Shown here one piece after another: positions 32,153 to 45,661 of a stretch of DNA of 64,000 nucleotides (within the stretch, counting starts at the first letter, position 1; each line of letters opens with the position of its first letter). Below the pieces are notes generated by a model. It was not told the DNA's origin. It was given only the letters and a program-made list of their open reading frames with translations, and did no database searches. The translations under genes were made by a program, and so were the position numbers. Location of the stretch: the NCBI GenBank assembly GCA_963703345.1, contig OY969814.1, positions 1,952,001 to 2,016,000 on the forward strand, in the 5' to 3' direction. Source of the DNA: an uncultured Chloroflexia bacterium (lineage in GTDB: Bacteria; Chloroflexota; Dehalococcoidia; DSTF01; JALHUB01).

Positions 32153-32992
32153 TTATGCGTCTACGATGAGGACGCGATCAAGGCCGGCGAAGTCTTTCTT
32201 CACCCTCGGGCGTGCCTCCGCAAAGCACTCCCGCGCGACCGCCAGCAGCCGCTCGCCCTCGTCCCAGGCGATCTCCGCCAGCAGGCGTCCGGCCGGTCGC
32301 AGGTGCGGCGGCGCGGCGCGCAGCAGCCGCTCCAGCACTTCCGTCCCGAGCGGCCCGGCGTCGAGGGCGGCGCGCGGCTCGTGGTCGCGTATCTCCGGCG
32401 GCAGCGCTTCCCAGTCAGCCGTCTTTACGTAAGGGAGATTGGCGACGATGAGCTCGACGGGCTCCGGCACGGGGTCGAGCAGGTCGCCGCGGAGGAGATG
32501 GACGCGTTCCGTCAGCCCGTATCGCGCGACGTTGCGGGCGGCGAGCGCCAGCGCTGACGCGGAGTCGTCGATGGCGAAGACGACCGCTTGCGGCAGATGC
32601 GTTGCCAGCGCTATGGCGATGGCGCCGCAACCGGTGCCCACGTCGGCGATGGCGAAGGGGCCATCGGGAGCGAGACGGAGCGCCTTCTCGACCAGGAGCT
32701 CGGTCTCGGGACGCGGGATTAGCGCGACGGGCGTCGTCTCCAGATCGAGGCCGAAGAACTCGCGGTGGCCGACGATGTAAGCGGTCGGCTCATGGGCAAG
32801 GCGGCGCTCGACGAGGCGCTGGAAGGCGGGGAGAGCGCTATCGTCGACGGCGTCGTCGATACGGGCGAAGAGTTGAGCGCGGTCCAGCTCGAGTACGTGT
32901 CGCAGGAGGACCTCCGCCTCGAGCGCGGCTTCTTCGATTCCGGCGTCCTCAAGGCGGCGCCGCGCGGCGTGGAGTGCTTCCGCCGCCGTCAC
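32153..32992 (-). CDS. prmC: Release factor glutamine methyltransferase
   Basis: EP.AYI.G..EF, LIPRPETE, DVGTGCG, ANLPY; GTG start overlaps the prfA stop (GTGA). Confidence 0.93.
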   Translation of the reverse strand: MTAAEALHAARRRLEDAGIEEAALEAEVLLRHVLELDRAQLFARIDDAVDDSALPAFQRLVERRLAHEPTAYIVGHREFFGLDLETTPVALIPRPETELLVEKALRLAPDGPFAIADVGTGCGAIAIALATHLPQAVVFAIDDSASALALAARNVARYGLTERVHLLRGDLLDPVPEPVELIVANLPYVKTADWEALPPEIRDHEPRAALDAGPLGTEVLERLLRAAPPHLRPAGRLLAEIAWDEGERLLAVARECFAEARPRVKKDFAGLDRVLIVDA

Positions 32993-34086
32993 GCCTGCCT
33001 GCCGCCAGGCACGGCGAGCTGTTCTTCCAGCAGGCGCGCCTGCTCGCTGGTGGAGACGGCGTCGATCAGGACATCGAGCTCGCCGTTCAGGATGCCGGGC
33101 AGATTGTGCAGCGTCAGGCCGACGCGGTGGTCGGTGACGCGGTCCTGGGGGAAGTTGTAGGTGCGGATCTTCTCCGCGCGCTCGCCGCTGCCGACCTGAG
33201 AGCGCCGCGTCTCCGAGACCTCCTGCGCCTGACGCTGCTGCTCGTGGTCGAAGAGGCGGGCGCGGAGGACGGCCATGGCGCGAACGCGGTTCTTCCACTG
33301 CGAGCGCTCGTCCTGGCAGACGACGACGATGCCGGTCGGGACGTGCGTCAGGCGAACGGCGGTAGCGACCTTCTGGACGTTCTGACCGCCGTGGCCGCTG
33401 CTGTGGAAGATGTCGATACGGAGGTCGTCTTCGTTGATGGCGACGTCGACCTCCTCCGCCTCCGGCAGCACCGCGACCGTCGCCGTCGAGGTGTGGATGC
33501 GGCCCTGCGCCTCGGTCAGCGGCACGCGCTGCACGCGATGGACGCCGCTCTCGTATTTCAGGCGCGAGTAGGCGCCTTTGCCTTTGACCTCGAAAATGAT
33601 CTCCTTCAGGCCGCCGATGCCGCTTTCGCTGTGCGACATCACTTCCACCTGCCAGCCGTGCGCCTCGGCGTAGCGCGTGTACATGCGGAACAAGTCGGCC
33701 GCGAAGAGCGCCGCCTCGTCGCCGCCGGTGCCGGCGCGAATCTCGACGATAACGCTCTTTTCGTCGCGCGGGTCGGGGGGCAGGAGGGCGCGGCGGAGGT
33801 CCGTTTCAAGGGCCTGCTTTCGCTCTGTCAGGCGCTCCAGCTCCTCGCGGGCCAGCGCTTCCATCTCCGGATCGTGCGCCTCTTCGATGAGGGCGCGGGC
33901 TTCGGCGATGCCCTGCTCCGTCTCGCGGTACTGACGGTAGAGGGAGACAAGCTCCTCCAGCGACGCGCGCTCTTTGGCGAGCGTTTGGAGTCGCTCGTAA
34001 TCGGACGTGAGCTCGGGCCGCGACATCTCGGCGGTCAGCTCTTCGTAGCGGTCGACGAGGGATTGCAGTCGGTTAAGCATAGTCAT
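32989..34086 (-). CDS. prfA: Peptide chain release factor 1
   Basis: PxT motif (VPLTE), [17 protein letters not shown]. Confidence 0.97.
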   Translation of the reverse strand: MTMLNRLQSLVDRYEELTAEMSRPELTSDYERLQTLAKERASLEELVSLYRQYRETEQGIAEARALIEEAHDPEMEALAREELERLTERKQALETDLRRALLPPDPRDEKSVIVEIRAGTGGDEAALFAADLFRMYTRYAEAHGWQVEVMSHSESGIGGLKEIIFEVKGKGAYSRLKYESGVHRVQRVPLTEAQGRIHTSTATVAVLPEAEEVDVAINEDDLRIDIFHSSGHGGQNVQKVATAVRLTHVPTGIVVVCQDERSQWKNRVRAMAVLRARLFDHEQQRQAQEVSETRRSQVGSGERAEKIRTYNFPQDRVTDHRVGLTLHNLPGILNGELDVLIDAVSTSEQARLLEEQLAVPGGRQA

Positions 34087-34097
34087 CCATTCGCAGA

Positions 34098-34122
34098 GAA
34101 ACCCCGATCGCGTCGGGGCTTC
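34098..34122 (-). terminator. Hairpin between hisS and prfA
   Basis: GAAACCCCGA-TCGCG-TCGGGGCTTC imperfect inverted repeat. Confidence 0.4.
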
Positions 34123-34172
34123 CGGGCCGCCTCAATAATACCACGCGCCAAGGTGTTCCAGACGGGTGGCGG

Positions 34173-35453
34173 TCATACTTGGCCGAGAGCCTTGAGAAGA
34201 TAAGCCGTAGCCTGTGCCAGGGGCACCTCGTTCTGCTTGCTATCCTCCATGCTCCGCACCTGCACTACCGGCTCCGGCAGCTCGCCCAGCCCTTCCGCAT
34301 CGATTATGACGACATACTTTGCCCGCACGGCGTTTGCGTGCCGCATCTGCGCTTTCAAGCTGCGCCGCGTCGCCACGACTGTGGCCAGTCCTTTCGAACG
34401 CAACTGGCGGGCCAGCTTCAAGGCTTCTATCTTCGGCTCCGGCGACATGAGAACGTCGCGAGCAATGTAGACGTCCGGCACCGGCTCCAAAGGCGCGGCG
34501 GCCAACTGCTGCTTCATGTTCAGAATGATGCGCTCGATCCCGGTGGCGAAGCCGATGGCGGGTGTCGGCGGGCCGCCCAGCTCTTCGATGAGAGCATCGT
34601 AGCGGCCGCCGGCGCCGATGGTGCTCTGGGCGCCGCCGCCGCGCGGCTGGATCTCGAAGACGGTGCGCGTGTAGTAGTCGAGGCCGCGCACGAGATGGGG
34701 CGTCAGCTCGTAAGGCACGGCGAGGGCGTCGAGGAAGCGGCGCACGTCGGCGAAGTGCTCCGCGCACTCGTCGCAAAGGTAATCGACGATCGACGGCGCG
34801 CCGGCGATGACCGGCTGACAGCTCTCCTGCTTGCAGTCGAGGAGGCGCAGCGGATTGCGCTCGTAGCGCTCGCGACAGTCGCGGCAGACGGAGGTCAAGT
34901 GCGGCTGGTAGTACGCCTTCAGCGCCTCCAGGTAGCGTGGCCGGCAGTTGCGGTCGCCGATGCTGTTCAGCAGGAGGACGAGGTCGCCCAGGCCGAGGTC
35001 GGCGTAGAGGCGCCAGAGCAGCTCGATGACCTCGGCGTCGATGGCCGGATCCGCGTCGCCGATCGCCTCAACGCCGAGCTGGCTGTGCTGGCGGCGCCGT
35101 CCTGCCTGCGGCCGCTCATAACGGAAGGCCGGCGACAGGTAGTAGAGGCGGACAGGCTGCGGCAGGTTCTTCATGCCGTGCTGGAGGTAGGCGCGGCAGA
35201 CGCTGGCGGTCCCTTCCGGCTTGAGGGCCAGGCGCTCGCCGCTGCGGTCCTCGAAGACGTACATCTCTTTGCGCACCACGTCGGACCCCGCGCCGGCGCC
35301 GCGTTCGAAGAGGGCGGCCTCCTCGAAGACCGGCGTGTCGATGCGCGTGTAGCCGAAGAGGCGGCAGAAGCGCTCCGACGCCTCGATGGCCTTGCGCCAG
35401 TACGGCTGCTCGGGCGGCAGGACGTCGGCGGTGCCGCGAGGTGCGGTGAACAA
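34173..35453 (-). CDS. hisS: Histidine--tRNA ligase
   Basis: PRGT.D, PEGTA, FRYERPQAGR, LVRGLDYY, GGRYD. Confidence 0.96.
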   Translation of the reverse strand: MFTAPRGTADVLPPEQPYWRKAIEASERFCRLFGYTRIDTPVFEEAALFERGAGAGSDVVRKEMYVFEDRSGERLALKPEGTASVCRAYLQHGMKNLPQPVRLYYLSPAFRYERPQAGRRRQHSQLGVEAIGDADPAIDAEVIELLWRLYADLGLGDLVLLLNSIGDRNCRPRYLEALKAYYQPHLTSVCRDCRERYERNPLRLLDCKQESCQPVIAGAPSIVDYLCDECAEHFADVRRFLDALAVPYELTPHLVRGLDYYTRTVFEIQPRGGGAQSTIGAGGRYDALIEELGGPPTPAIGFATGIERIILNMKQQLAAAPLEPVPDVYIARDVLMSPEPKIEALKLARQLRSKGLATVVATRRSLKAQMRHANAVRAKYVVIIDAEGLGELPEPVVQVRSMEDSKQNEVPLAQATAYLLKALGQV

Positions 35454-35580
35454 AGGCTGCTCCTGTCTGTCGGGTCGAAGGTCAGGCCAAGCATAGCGAA
35501 GGGGCAGCGGCGTTGTAAAGGCACGTCTCGATTAGAAGCGTTTGCGCCGGTATGCTACAGTAGATTGCGGGGAGATTCTG

Positions 35581-37803
35581 ATGGTCGCGACAATCGACGA
35601 GCTGATCGAGAAGACGCAGTCGTACCTGCCCGGCGACAGGCCGCAGCTCGTCGAGGACGCGTACCGCTTCGCAGAAGAGTGCCATCGCGGCCAACTGCGA
35701 AAGACCGGCGACCCCTACATTACCCATCCTCTCGACACCGCCGCCACCGTCGCTGAGCTGCAGCTCGACGCGTCAGCGGTCGCGGCGGCGCTGATCCACG
35801 ACGTGCAGGAGGACTGCGGCGTCTCCAACGCGGAGGTCGCCCGGCGCTTCGGACGCGAAGTGGCGCACCTCGTCGACGGCGCGACGAAGCTGGAGAAGAT
35901 CGCCTGGAAAGCGCCGGAGGGCCCTGTGGGCGACAGGGCCGCTCAGGCGGAGAACCTGCGCAAGATGTTCCTGGCCATGGCCCGCGACGTACGCGTCGTC
36001 ATCATCAAGCTGGCAGACCGCCTGAACAACATGCGCACCCTCTACGCGCTCTCCCCGGAGAAGCAGCGGCTCGTGGCTCAGGAGACGATGGAGATTTACG
36101 CGCCGCTCGCCAGCCGCCTGGGCATCTGGCAGATCAGTCGAGAGCTGGAGGACCTGTCTTTTCGCTACCTCGACGAGGAACGCTACCGTCAGATCGCCAA
36201 CCTCCTGGCGTCGAGCCGGGCGGCCCGCGAGAAGTACATATCTCAGGTCGAGACCATCTTGCGCAAGGAGCTGGACAAGAACGGCATTCACGCCGAGGTG
36301 CAGGGCCGCGCCAAGCATCTGTATAGCATCAACCAGAAGATGGGGAAGTACGCGACGCAGGGCAAGACGTTCAACGAGATCTACGACCTGCTGGCTCTGC
36401 GCGTGCTCGTCGAGACCGAAGCGGACTGTTATCGGACGCTGGGCGTCGTCCACAACCTCTGGCGGCCGATCCCCGGCCAGTTCGACGACTACATTGCCAA
36501 CCCCAAAGAAGGCGCCTACCGATCGCTGCACACGACTGTCCTCTGTCTGGGCGCGCGGGCGCTGGAGGTGCAGATCCGCACGCACGAGATGCACCGGCTG
36601 GCGGAGTACGGCGTCGCGGCGCACTGGCGCTACAAGGAGGGCGGTAAGCGTGACCTCCGCTTCGAGGAGCGCGTGTCGTGGCTGCGGCAATTGCTGGAAT
36701 GGCAGCGCGAAATGGCGGCCGCCGACGACTTCGTGGAACTGGTCAAGACCGATCTTTTCCAGGACCAGGTCTTCGTGTACACGCCGAAGGGCGAAGTGAA
36801 GGACCTGCCGGTCCGCTCTACGCCCATCGACTTCGCCTACCGTATTCACACCGACATCGGGCATCGCTGTATCGGCGCGCGCGTCAATGGGCGACTTGTT
36901 CCGCTCAACTACCAGCTTCAGAACGGCGACATGGTGGAGATTCTGACGAGCAAGGCCCCGCGTGGTCCTTCCCGCGACTGGCTGAACATGGACCTCGGCT
37001 ACGCCATGACGAGCCACGCGCGGGAGAAGATCCGCGGCTGGTTCAAGCTGCAAGAGCGGGCGGCGAACGTGGAGCGCGGCCGCGACCTGGTGCACAAGGA
37101 ACTGCGGCGCCTGGGGCTCAGCCTGGCGGACACGCAGGAGCTGCTGCTGCGCTCGTTCAAGGTCGACGAGATGGACGAGTTACTAGCGGCGCTGGGCTAC
37201 GGCGGCATCAGCCTTCAGCAGATAGCATCCAAGCTGGCGCCGCTGGTGCAGCGAGCGGGGGAAGCGGAAGCGCTCGCCGTCGAGGCGCCGCTGAAGCCCG
37301 TGCACACCGCCGCCGTGGAGGTGCTGGGCACCGGCGACCTCCTGACGCAGCTTGCCCGCTGCTGCAACCCGGTCCCCGGCGATCCCATCATCGGCTACGT
37401 GACGCGCAGCCGCGGCGTGACCGTCCACCGGCGCGACTGCGGCAACGTGCTGCGGGAGGACGAAACGGAGCGCCTCGTCGAGGTCGAATGGGGGCGCAGC
37501 GGGCAGTTGTACCCCGTCGCCGTGCGTATCGAGGCGTGGGACCGCGTGGGCCTGCTGCGGGACATCGGCAGCATCGTCGCCGAGGAGAAGGTGAACATGG
37601 CGGCGGTGCGCACCCAGGAGCACAACGACCACACCGTCAGCGTGTTCCTAACGCTGCTTACGGCCGGCGTCGACCAGTTGACGCGGCTGATGAGCAAGCT
37701 GGAGGTGGCGCGCGGCGTCTTCTCCGTCGACCGGCATGTCGAGGGCAGCGAGCGCCCGGCGAAGAGCGGCACCGCCGGCCACGACGGGGCCGCGAAGCCG
37801 TAG
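35581..37803 (+). CDS. relA: Bifunctional (p)ppGpp synthetase/hydrolase Rel
   Basis: HDVQED hydrolase motif, KLADRL.NMRTL, Y.SLHTT, EVQIRT, TGS domain, CC.P.PGD, ACT domain. Confidence 0.96.
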   Translation: MVATIDELIEKTQSYLPGDRPQLVEDAYRFAEECHRGQLRKTGDPYITHPLDTAATVAELQLDASAVAAALIHDVQEDCGVSNAEVARRFGREVAHLVDGATKLEKIAWKAPEGPVGDRAAQAENLRKMFLAMARDVRVVIIKLADRLNNMRTLYALSPEKQRLVAQETMEIYAPLASRLGIWQISRELEDLSFRYLDEERYRQIANLLASSRAAREKYISQVETILRKELDKNGIHAEVQGRAKHLYSINQKMGKYATQGKTFNEIYDLLALRVLVETEADCYRTLGVVHNLWRPIPGQFDDYIANPKEGAYRSLHTTVLCLGARALEVQIRTHEMHRLAEYGVAAHWRYKEGGKRDLRFEERVSWLRQLLEWQREMAAADDFVELVKTDLFQDQVFVYTPKGEVKDLPVRSTPIDFAYRIHTDIGHRCIGARVNGRLVPLNYQLQNGDMVEILTSKAPRGPSRDWLNMDLGYAMTSHAREKIRGWFKLQERAANVERGRDLVHKELRRLGLSLADTQELLLRSFKVDEMDELLAALGYGGISLQQIASKLAPLVQRAGEAEALAVEAPLKPVHTAAVEVLGTGDLLTQLARCCNPVPGDPIIGYVTRSRGVTVHRRDCGNVLREDETERLVEVEWGRSGQLYPVAVRIEAWDRVGLLRDIGSIVAEEKVNMAAVRTQEHNDHTVSVFLTLLTAGVDQLTRLMSKLEVARGVFSVDRHVEGSERPAKSGTAGHDGAAKP

Positions 37804-37894
37804 CTCTCAGCGATAGGCCTGCCTCAGCCGCTACTCACTCGCATACGGTGCGCCGACACTTGAGAAGCTCCCGCGAAGATGGTAGCTTGGAGTC

Positions 37895-38863
<969 letters not shown>

Positions 38864-38865
38864 TC

Positions 38866-39675
38866 ATGAGCGTGAACGTTGGCGCAGCCTTCAGGCGGCC
38901 GGGCGGCATCCAGGCCGTCGCCGATGCGCTATCTGACATAGAAGCGGTGGCCCAGCGGAACCTGATCACCTATTTCCGGGTGCCGCAGTTGCTCGTCTTC
39001 TCGAGCATTCAGCCGGTGATCTTCGTGCTGCTGTTCCGCTATGCGTTCGGCGGCGCAATTCGAGTTCCGAACGGCAACTACGTCGACTTCCTGTTACCGG
39101 GCATCTTCGTCCAGACGACGGTGTTTGGCGCGATAGGCACGGCGGTCGGCTTGGCCACCGACCTGCAAACCGGTCTGCTGGAACGCTTTCGCTCGCTGCC
39201 GATGTCTCGCGCGGCCGTGCTGGCGGGCCGGACGACGGCCGAGCTGGGCCGAAACGTGTTGGTGCTCGCGCTGATGGTAATCGTGGGGTTAGCGGTGGGC
39301 TGGCGGCCTCACACCGACGCGCAGTCGTTCATCGTCGCGATGGGCCTCGTGCTGCTGTTCGGCTATGTGTTCTCGTGGATATTCGCCGGCGTCGGGCTGC
39401 TGACGCGGGACCCGGAGGCGGCGCAGGCGGCGGCCTTTCCCGTGCTGGCGGTGCTCGTGTTCGCCTCCTCGGCTTTCGTGCCCACGTCAACGATGCCCGG
39501 CTGGTTGCGGGTGTACGCGGAGCATCAGCCGGTGTCGGTCACGATATCGGCGGTGCGGACGCTACTGCTGGGCGGGTCGGCGCTGCCTGACGTGCTGAAG
39601 ACTCTGGCCTGGATGGCCGGCATTCTCGCCGTATTCGCGCCGCTCTCCGTATGGCGCTATCAGCGAACGACGTAG
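38866..39675 (+). CDS. DrrB-like ABC-2 permease
   Basis: Six TM segments; ERFRSLP, SSAFVP..TMPGWL. Confidence 0.92.
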   Translation: MSVNVGAAFRRPGGIQAVADALSDIEAVAQRNLITYFRVPQLLVFSSIQPVIFVLLFRYAFGGAIRVPNGNYVDFLLPGIFVQTTVFGAIGTAVGLATDLQTGLLERFRSLPMSRAAVLAGRTTAELGRNVLVLALMVIVGLAVGWRPHTDAQSFIVAMGLVLLFGYVFSWIFAGVGLLTRDPEAAQAAAFPVLAVLVFASSAFVPTSTMPGWLRVYAEHQPVSVTISAVRTLLLGGSALPDVLKTLAWMAGILAVFAPLSVWRYQRTT

Positions 39676-39714
39676 GCGGGCGTCGGCCGCAGGCGCTTCC
39701 GAAGGGGGTCGGAA

Positions 39715-39876
39715 ATGAGGAACATCTTCCTGGTTGCGCTTACCGTGCTGGTGGGGCTGCTGTGGAGCGGGACGATCCACCCGGAGATGAAGTGGACGGC
39801 GACGATGTTCGGTCTGGCGCTGTTTTCGCTGATCGCGAACGAAGGGATCTACGCCCGCCCGCACAAACGCCACTAG
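39715..39876 (+). CDS. Small 2-TM membrane protein (53 aa, absent from ORF track)
   Basis: MRNIFLVALTVLVGLLWSG...MFGLALFSLIANEGIYARPHKRH; G-rich RBS. Confidence 0.55.
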   Translation: MRNIFLVALTVLVGLLWSGTIHPEMKWTATMFGLALFSLIANEGIYARPHKRH

Positions 39877-39945
39877 CCACCCTCCTTCTGCCAAGGTGAG
39901 GCCGGAAAGAAAGAGTGGTGGCACAAGCCGCCACGATCGCGGCGA

Positions 39946-40620
39946 TTACTCGATTTTGGCTCCCTTGGTGAGATTGTGGCGCGCGCATAGAATTCGAACG
40001 TTGTTCGGTGTGAGGCCCGTGCCGCCTTTGGAGAAGGGTAATTCGTGATCGAAATGCAACTGGTCTTCTGCGCCGCACATCACGCACCGACCCTTGTCGC
40101 GTTTGTAGACAACTTGCTTCACCCATGCGGGGATAGCCCGACGAAACTGCGCAGACTCGGCTGTCTGCCGGGCCTCGTCTGGCTGATCCGACAGCCGCAT
40201 GCGGAACTTGAAGACTCTCCGCGCGCCCGCTCCGGCGTAATCGCAACCGACCAACTCAAACAGACCTTTGTCTGACCAAATCCCAGGGCGAAGCTTCTCG
40301 TAGACCCGGACGAGGCACTTTCCCGCGGGGAAAGAGGCCGCCGCCCTGGCGAACTTCGCGTTTTCCGTCGGGTCGCCGGAAGGAAGAGCCCACGGTTGAT
40401 CCACAGACTTGGGCTCGATGCCTAGCTGTCTCTTCTCATCATGGCCTTCATAGAGAAGTTCAGAGCCGTCAAGCGACAACGAGTCTTCATACGGCGCGCC
40501 CGGCCGGCGAGACATAAGCACGACGGAAACAGCAGGCGGCTCGCGGTAGTACATGCCGCGCTGCAATGACCCCTTCTCCCGAGCGCACATTTCCCAGTAG
40601 GTCAGGATCTCGTCGCGCAA
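39946..40620 (-). CDS. HNH endonuclease with SRA/PUA-like N-terminal domain
   Basis: C-terminal VYKRDKGRCVMCG...HFDH..PFSKGG...N..ILCARHN; N-terminal YED...LYEGHD...DQP resembles SRA. Confidence 0.82.
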   Translation of the reverse strand: MRDEILTYWEMCAREKGSLQRGMYYREPPAVSVVLMSRRPGAPYEDSLSLDGSELLYEGHDEKRQLGIEPKSVDQPWALPSGDPTENAKFARAAASFPAGKCLVRVYEKLRPGIWSDKGLFELVGCDYAGAGARRVFKFRMRLSDQPDEARQTAESAQFRRAIPAWVKQVVYKRDKGRCVMCGAEDQLHFDHELPFSKGGTGLTPNNVRILCARHNLTKGAKIE

Positions 40621-40623
40621 GAT

Positions 40624-43533
<2,910 letters not shown>

Positions 43534-43564
43534 GGCTCCTTTGTCGGGGTAGTTGCGTTCAGTC

Positions 43565-43582
43565 CGAACGTCTATTTTAGCA
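43565..43582 (-). promoter_or_regulatory. Putative LexA box overlapping extended -10 (TGcTAAAAT) of uvrA
   Basis: + strand CGAAC-GTCT-ATTTT, about 30 nt upstream of the uvrA ATG. Confidence 0.6.
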
Positions 43583-43682
43583 TTTCGGGAAGAGGGCGAA
43601 CAACGGATCCCCGTTCATCGTTCGCAGAGTCGGCTCGTTTGCCATGCGGATCTTCCCCAGCGGCCGTATTCGTCGGTTCCCC

Positions 43683-43769
43683 TTGACAGGTCACCAGTCG
43701 TATGGTACTGTTCCTATGGCTTCAGTTGCCACTGGCACACTTGCTATGTACCCAGAGCACTGATATCAT
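43683..43769 (+). promoter_or_regulatory. Tandem sigma70-type promoters
   Basis: TTGACA-17-TACTGT (43683-43711) and TTGCTA-17-TATCAT (43741-43769). Confidence 0.5.
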
Positions 43770-43787
43770 ATTGAAAGAGGCAGGCAA

Positions 43788-44258
43788 ATGGAAAAAGACG
43801 AGAACCAGAAGCGCGCGATCGAGATCGCCGAGGCGGAGGTTAGCTACTGGCGGGAGGAGGTGGTGCGTGCGAAGGAGCGCTCTGAGAAGGAAATCGCACG
43901 ATACCAGGAGGTCGCCGAGAAGTTCAGAACGGCCGCAGAGTTCCTCGGCCTCGTCGAGGAGCGCTACGGAAGGAGTGTGAAGTCAGGGCCCACCCAACTG
44001 CCCCCGGGTGCCAAGCTGGGTGAAGCCGCTCTTGATGTTGTTAGGCAAAAGGGTCGGGCCACGAGGGAGGAGATTGTCGCTGAACTGCGCGCTCGTGGTT
44101 TCGAGTTTGGCAGATATCCCGCGCGGCAACTGCATTTCGCCCTGCTCAATAGCGACAGGGTGATCAGGGAGCCTAGCGGCGCCTGGCGGTGGAAAGGTGC
44201 AGACCAGAAAGAAATGGCGCTGGCCAGCGAAGGCGCCAGGGAGCCGACGAGAGAATAG
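43788..44258 (+). CDS. Hypothetical protein: N-terminal coiled coil plus probable C-terminal winged helix
   Basis: Charged helical N-terminus; ALDVVRQKGRATREEIVAELRARG...LHFAL...GAWRW looks wHTH-like; GAGG RBS. Confidence 0.7.
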   Translation: MEKDENQKRAIEIAEAEVSYWREEVVRAKERSEKEIARYQEVAEKFRTAAEFLGLVEERYGRSVKSGPTQLPPGAKLGEAALDVVRQKGRATREEIVAELRARGFEFGRYPARQLHFALLNSDRVIREPSGAWRWKGADQKEMALASEGAREPTRE

Positions 44259-44313
44259 AATTTGGGGCAGGCCCGCCAGTCAAAGCTAAGGCCTGCCCCA
44301 CGAACCTACCGGT

Positions 44314-44402
44314 GCCGGTGTGGTGAAATTGGGAAACACAGCCGTCTTGAAAACGGTCGTGGTTTCGACCACTTGGGGGTTCGAGTCCCCCCACCGGCAC
44401 CA
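44314..44402 (+). tRNA. Type II tRNA with UGA (Ser) anticodon but Leu-type body
   Basis: GCCGGTG/CACCGGC acceptor, A73, CCA, anticodon arm GCCGT-CTTGAAA-ACGGT, variable stem GTGGT-TTCG-ACCAC, T arm GGGGG-TTCGAGT-CCCCC. Confidence 0.93.
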
Positions 44403-44534
44403 GATAGCTCTTGCCCCGGGAGAAAGGCCGCAAGCGCAGCCGCTTCCCGCGTTCCATTCTAATACATCGGTCGATACAGCGTGTCAACACATCCTCCGGG
44501 CGCAACGGCCCGGACTGGCCGACTGAAGGTCATT

Positions 44535-44613
44535 CCTAGAAGGGCTTTGGGAAATCAGGGGGACACCGCCTGAAACCCCCGGAAGAGGGGGAACATCCCC
44601 CTCTTCACTCCCC
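44535..44613 (+). repeat. Intergenic palindromic repeat, copy 1
   Basis: GGGAAATCAGGGGGACACCGCCTGAAACCCCCGG-AAGAGGGGGAACATCCCCCTCTT-CACTCCCC; related to 46155-46251. Confidence 0.6.
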
Positions 44614-44627
44614 TTGCGACGCAGAAG

Positions 44628-45266
44628 TCAAACGCGGGATTCGAACTCGTCGAGCTTGCGTTCGAGGTCGCGCTGACGGACCGCGAGGGTCAGGTCGCCG
44701 CGGGTGCGCTCGAGGATGCCGCGGACGGCGTCGGCGGTGCGACGGAGGCCGCTGGTTATTGCCTCCGGGTAGTCGAACGTGACGAGAAGGCTGTAGATGT
44801 CGTCCATATTGCCGAGGCAAACTTCGCACTGGCTGACGTCGCCGGAGCGTAGGGCATCGAGCAGGTGGCGTCGCAGCTCGCCCACCGCTTCGCCGAGGCC
44901 GTTCAGATAGGCGCCGTTTTCGACGCCGAGGTCCTTCGGGCCGGGCAGCGGTCGAGCGGCGATGAGGGCGAGGGTGGTGCAGCCTTCCGCATACTCCTTC
45001 TGGGCGTCGTGGACGAAGCCGGCGAAGTAGATGTCCGGATGGTCGGCGAGGGCGAGGCGGGCGCGCTCGAGGAGCTCGGCCGCCTGGCGCAGGAGCTCTT
45101 CGGCGCCGGGGAAGTCGCCGCGGTGGGTAACGCGGACGGCGTTGGCGGAATGGCGCAGGGCCTGGCGGCAGGAGGCGAGACCGATCTCGCGGGCGGCGTG
45201 CTTGGCCTCGAAGTCTTTTCGAGTGTTCTCGACGATTGCTTCCAGCTCCTTGCTGCGGTCGTACAT
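44628..45266 (-). CDS. Translin/TRAX family protein
   Basis: ARE..L..CR, AQKEYAEG, YLNGLGEAVGELRR, LRRTADAVR.ILERT pattern. Confidence 0.88.
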   Translation of the reverse strand: MYDRSKELEAIVENTRKDFEAKHAAREIGLASCRQALRHSANAVRVTHRGDFPGAEELLRQAAELLERARLALADHPDIYFAGFVHDAQKEYAEGCTTLALIAARPLPGPKDLGVENGAYLNGLGEAVGELRRHLLDALRSGDVSQCEVCLGNMDDIYSLLVTFDYPEAITSGLRRTADAVRGILERTRGDLTLAVRQRDLERKLDEFESRV

Positions 45267-45282
45267 CGGCTTCTCCTTCAGC

Positions 45283-45618
45283 CTAATCGGTTAGAGGCGG
45301 CGGCAGGTCGCCTTCGCGGGCGGCGTCGATCATCTTGCGCGTCTGGCCAGGCATCTCTTCGCCCATCTCTTTGAAGCGTCGCTCGACCCAGCGGCCGATC
45401 TGGCGCGGGTCGCGGTAGTCTTCGAGGCGTTTGGGCTCGCTGCCGTACTTGGCGAGGATGGTCTGCTCAGACTTATGGTAAGCGAAGCCGGAGACGGCGC
45501 GGGAGAGGTTGGCGCCGCCGCAATGACGGCAGCTAGCGGCGACTCCGCCGCTGATGGACTTGACGAAGACGCTGGTCAGGCGGCCGCAGTCCTGGCACTT
45601 GTATTCGTAGATCGGCAT
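45283..45618 (-). CDS. FmdB-family zinc-ribbon protein
   Basis: MPIYEYKCQDCG...CRHCG...L.R.VS.F. Confidence 0.88.
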   Translation of the reverse strand: MPIYEYKCQDCGRLTSVFVKSISGGVAASCRHCGGANLSRAVSGFAYHKSEQTILAKYGSEPKRLEDYRDPRQIGRWVERRFKEMGEEMPGQTRKMIDAAREGDLPPPLTD

Positions 45619-45661
45619 GGTTGAGCCTACGTCGCGATTCAGTCCACAGACAATATAGCAG

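Noticed and set aside
44314-44402. Selenocysteine or opal-suppressor tRNA
   Set aside because: Anticodon is 5'-UGA-3' (reads UCA), not UCA; the fold is 7/5, not 8/5.
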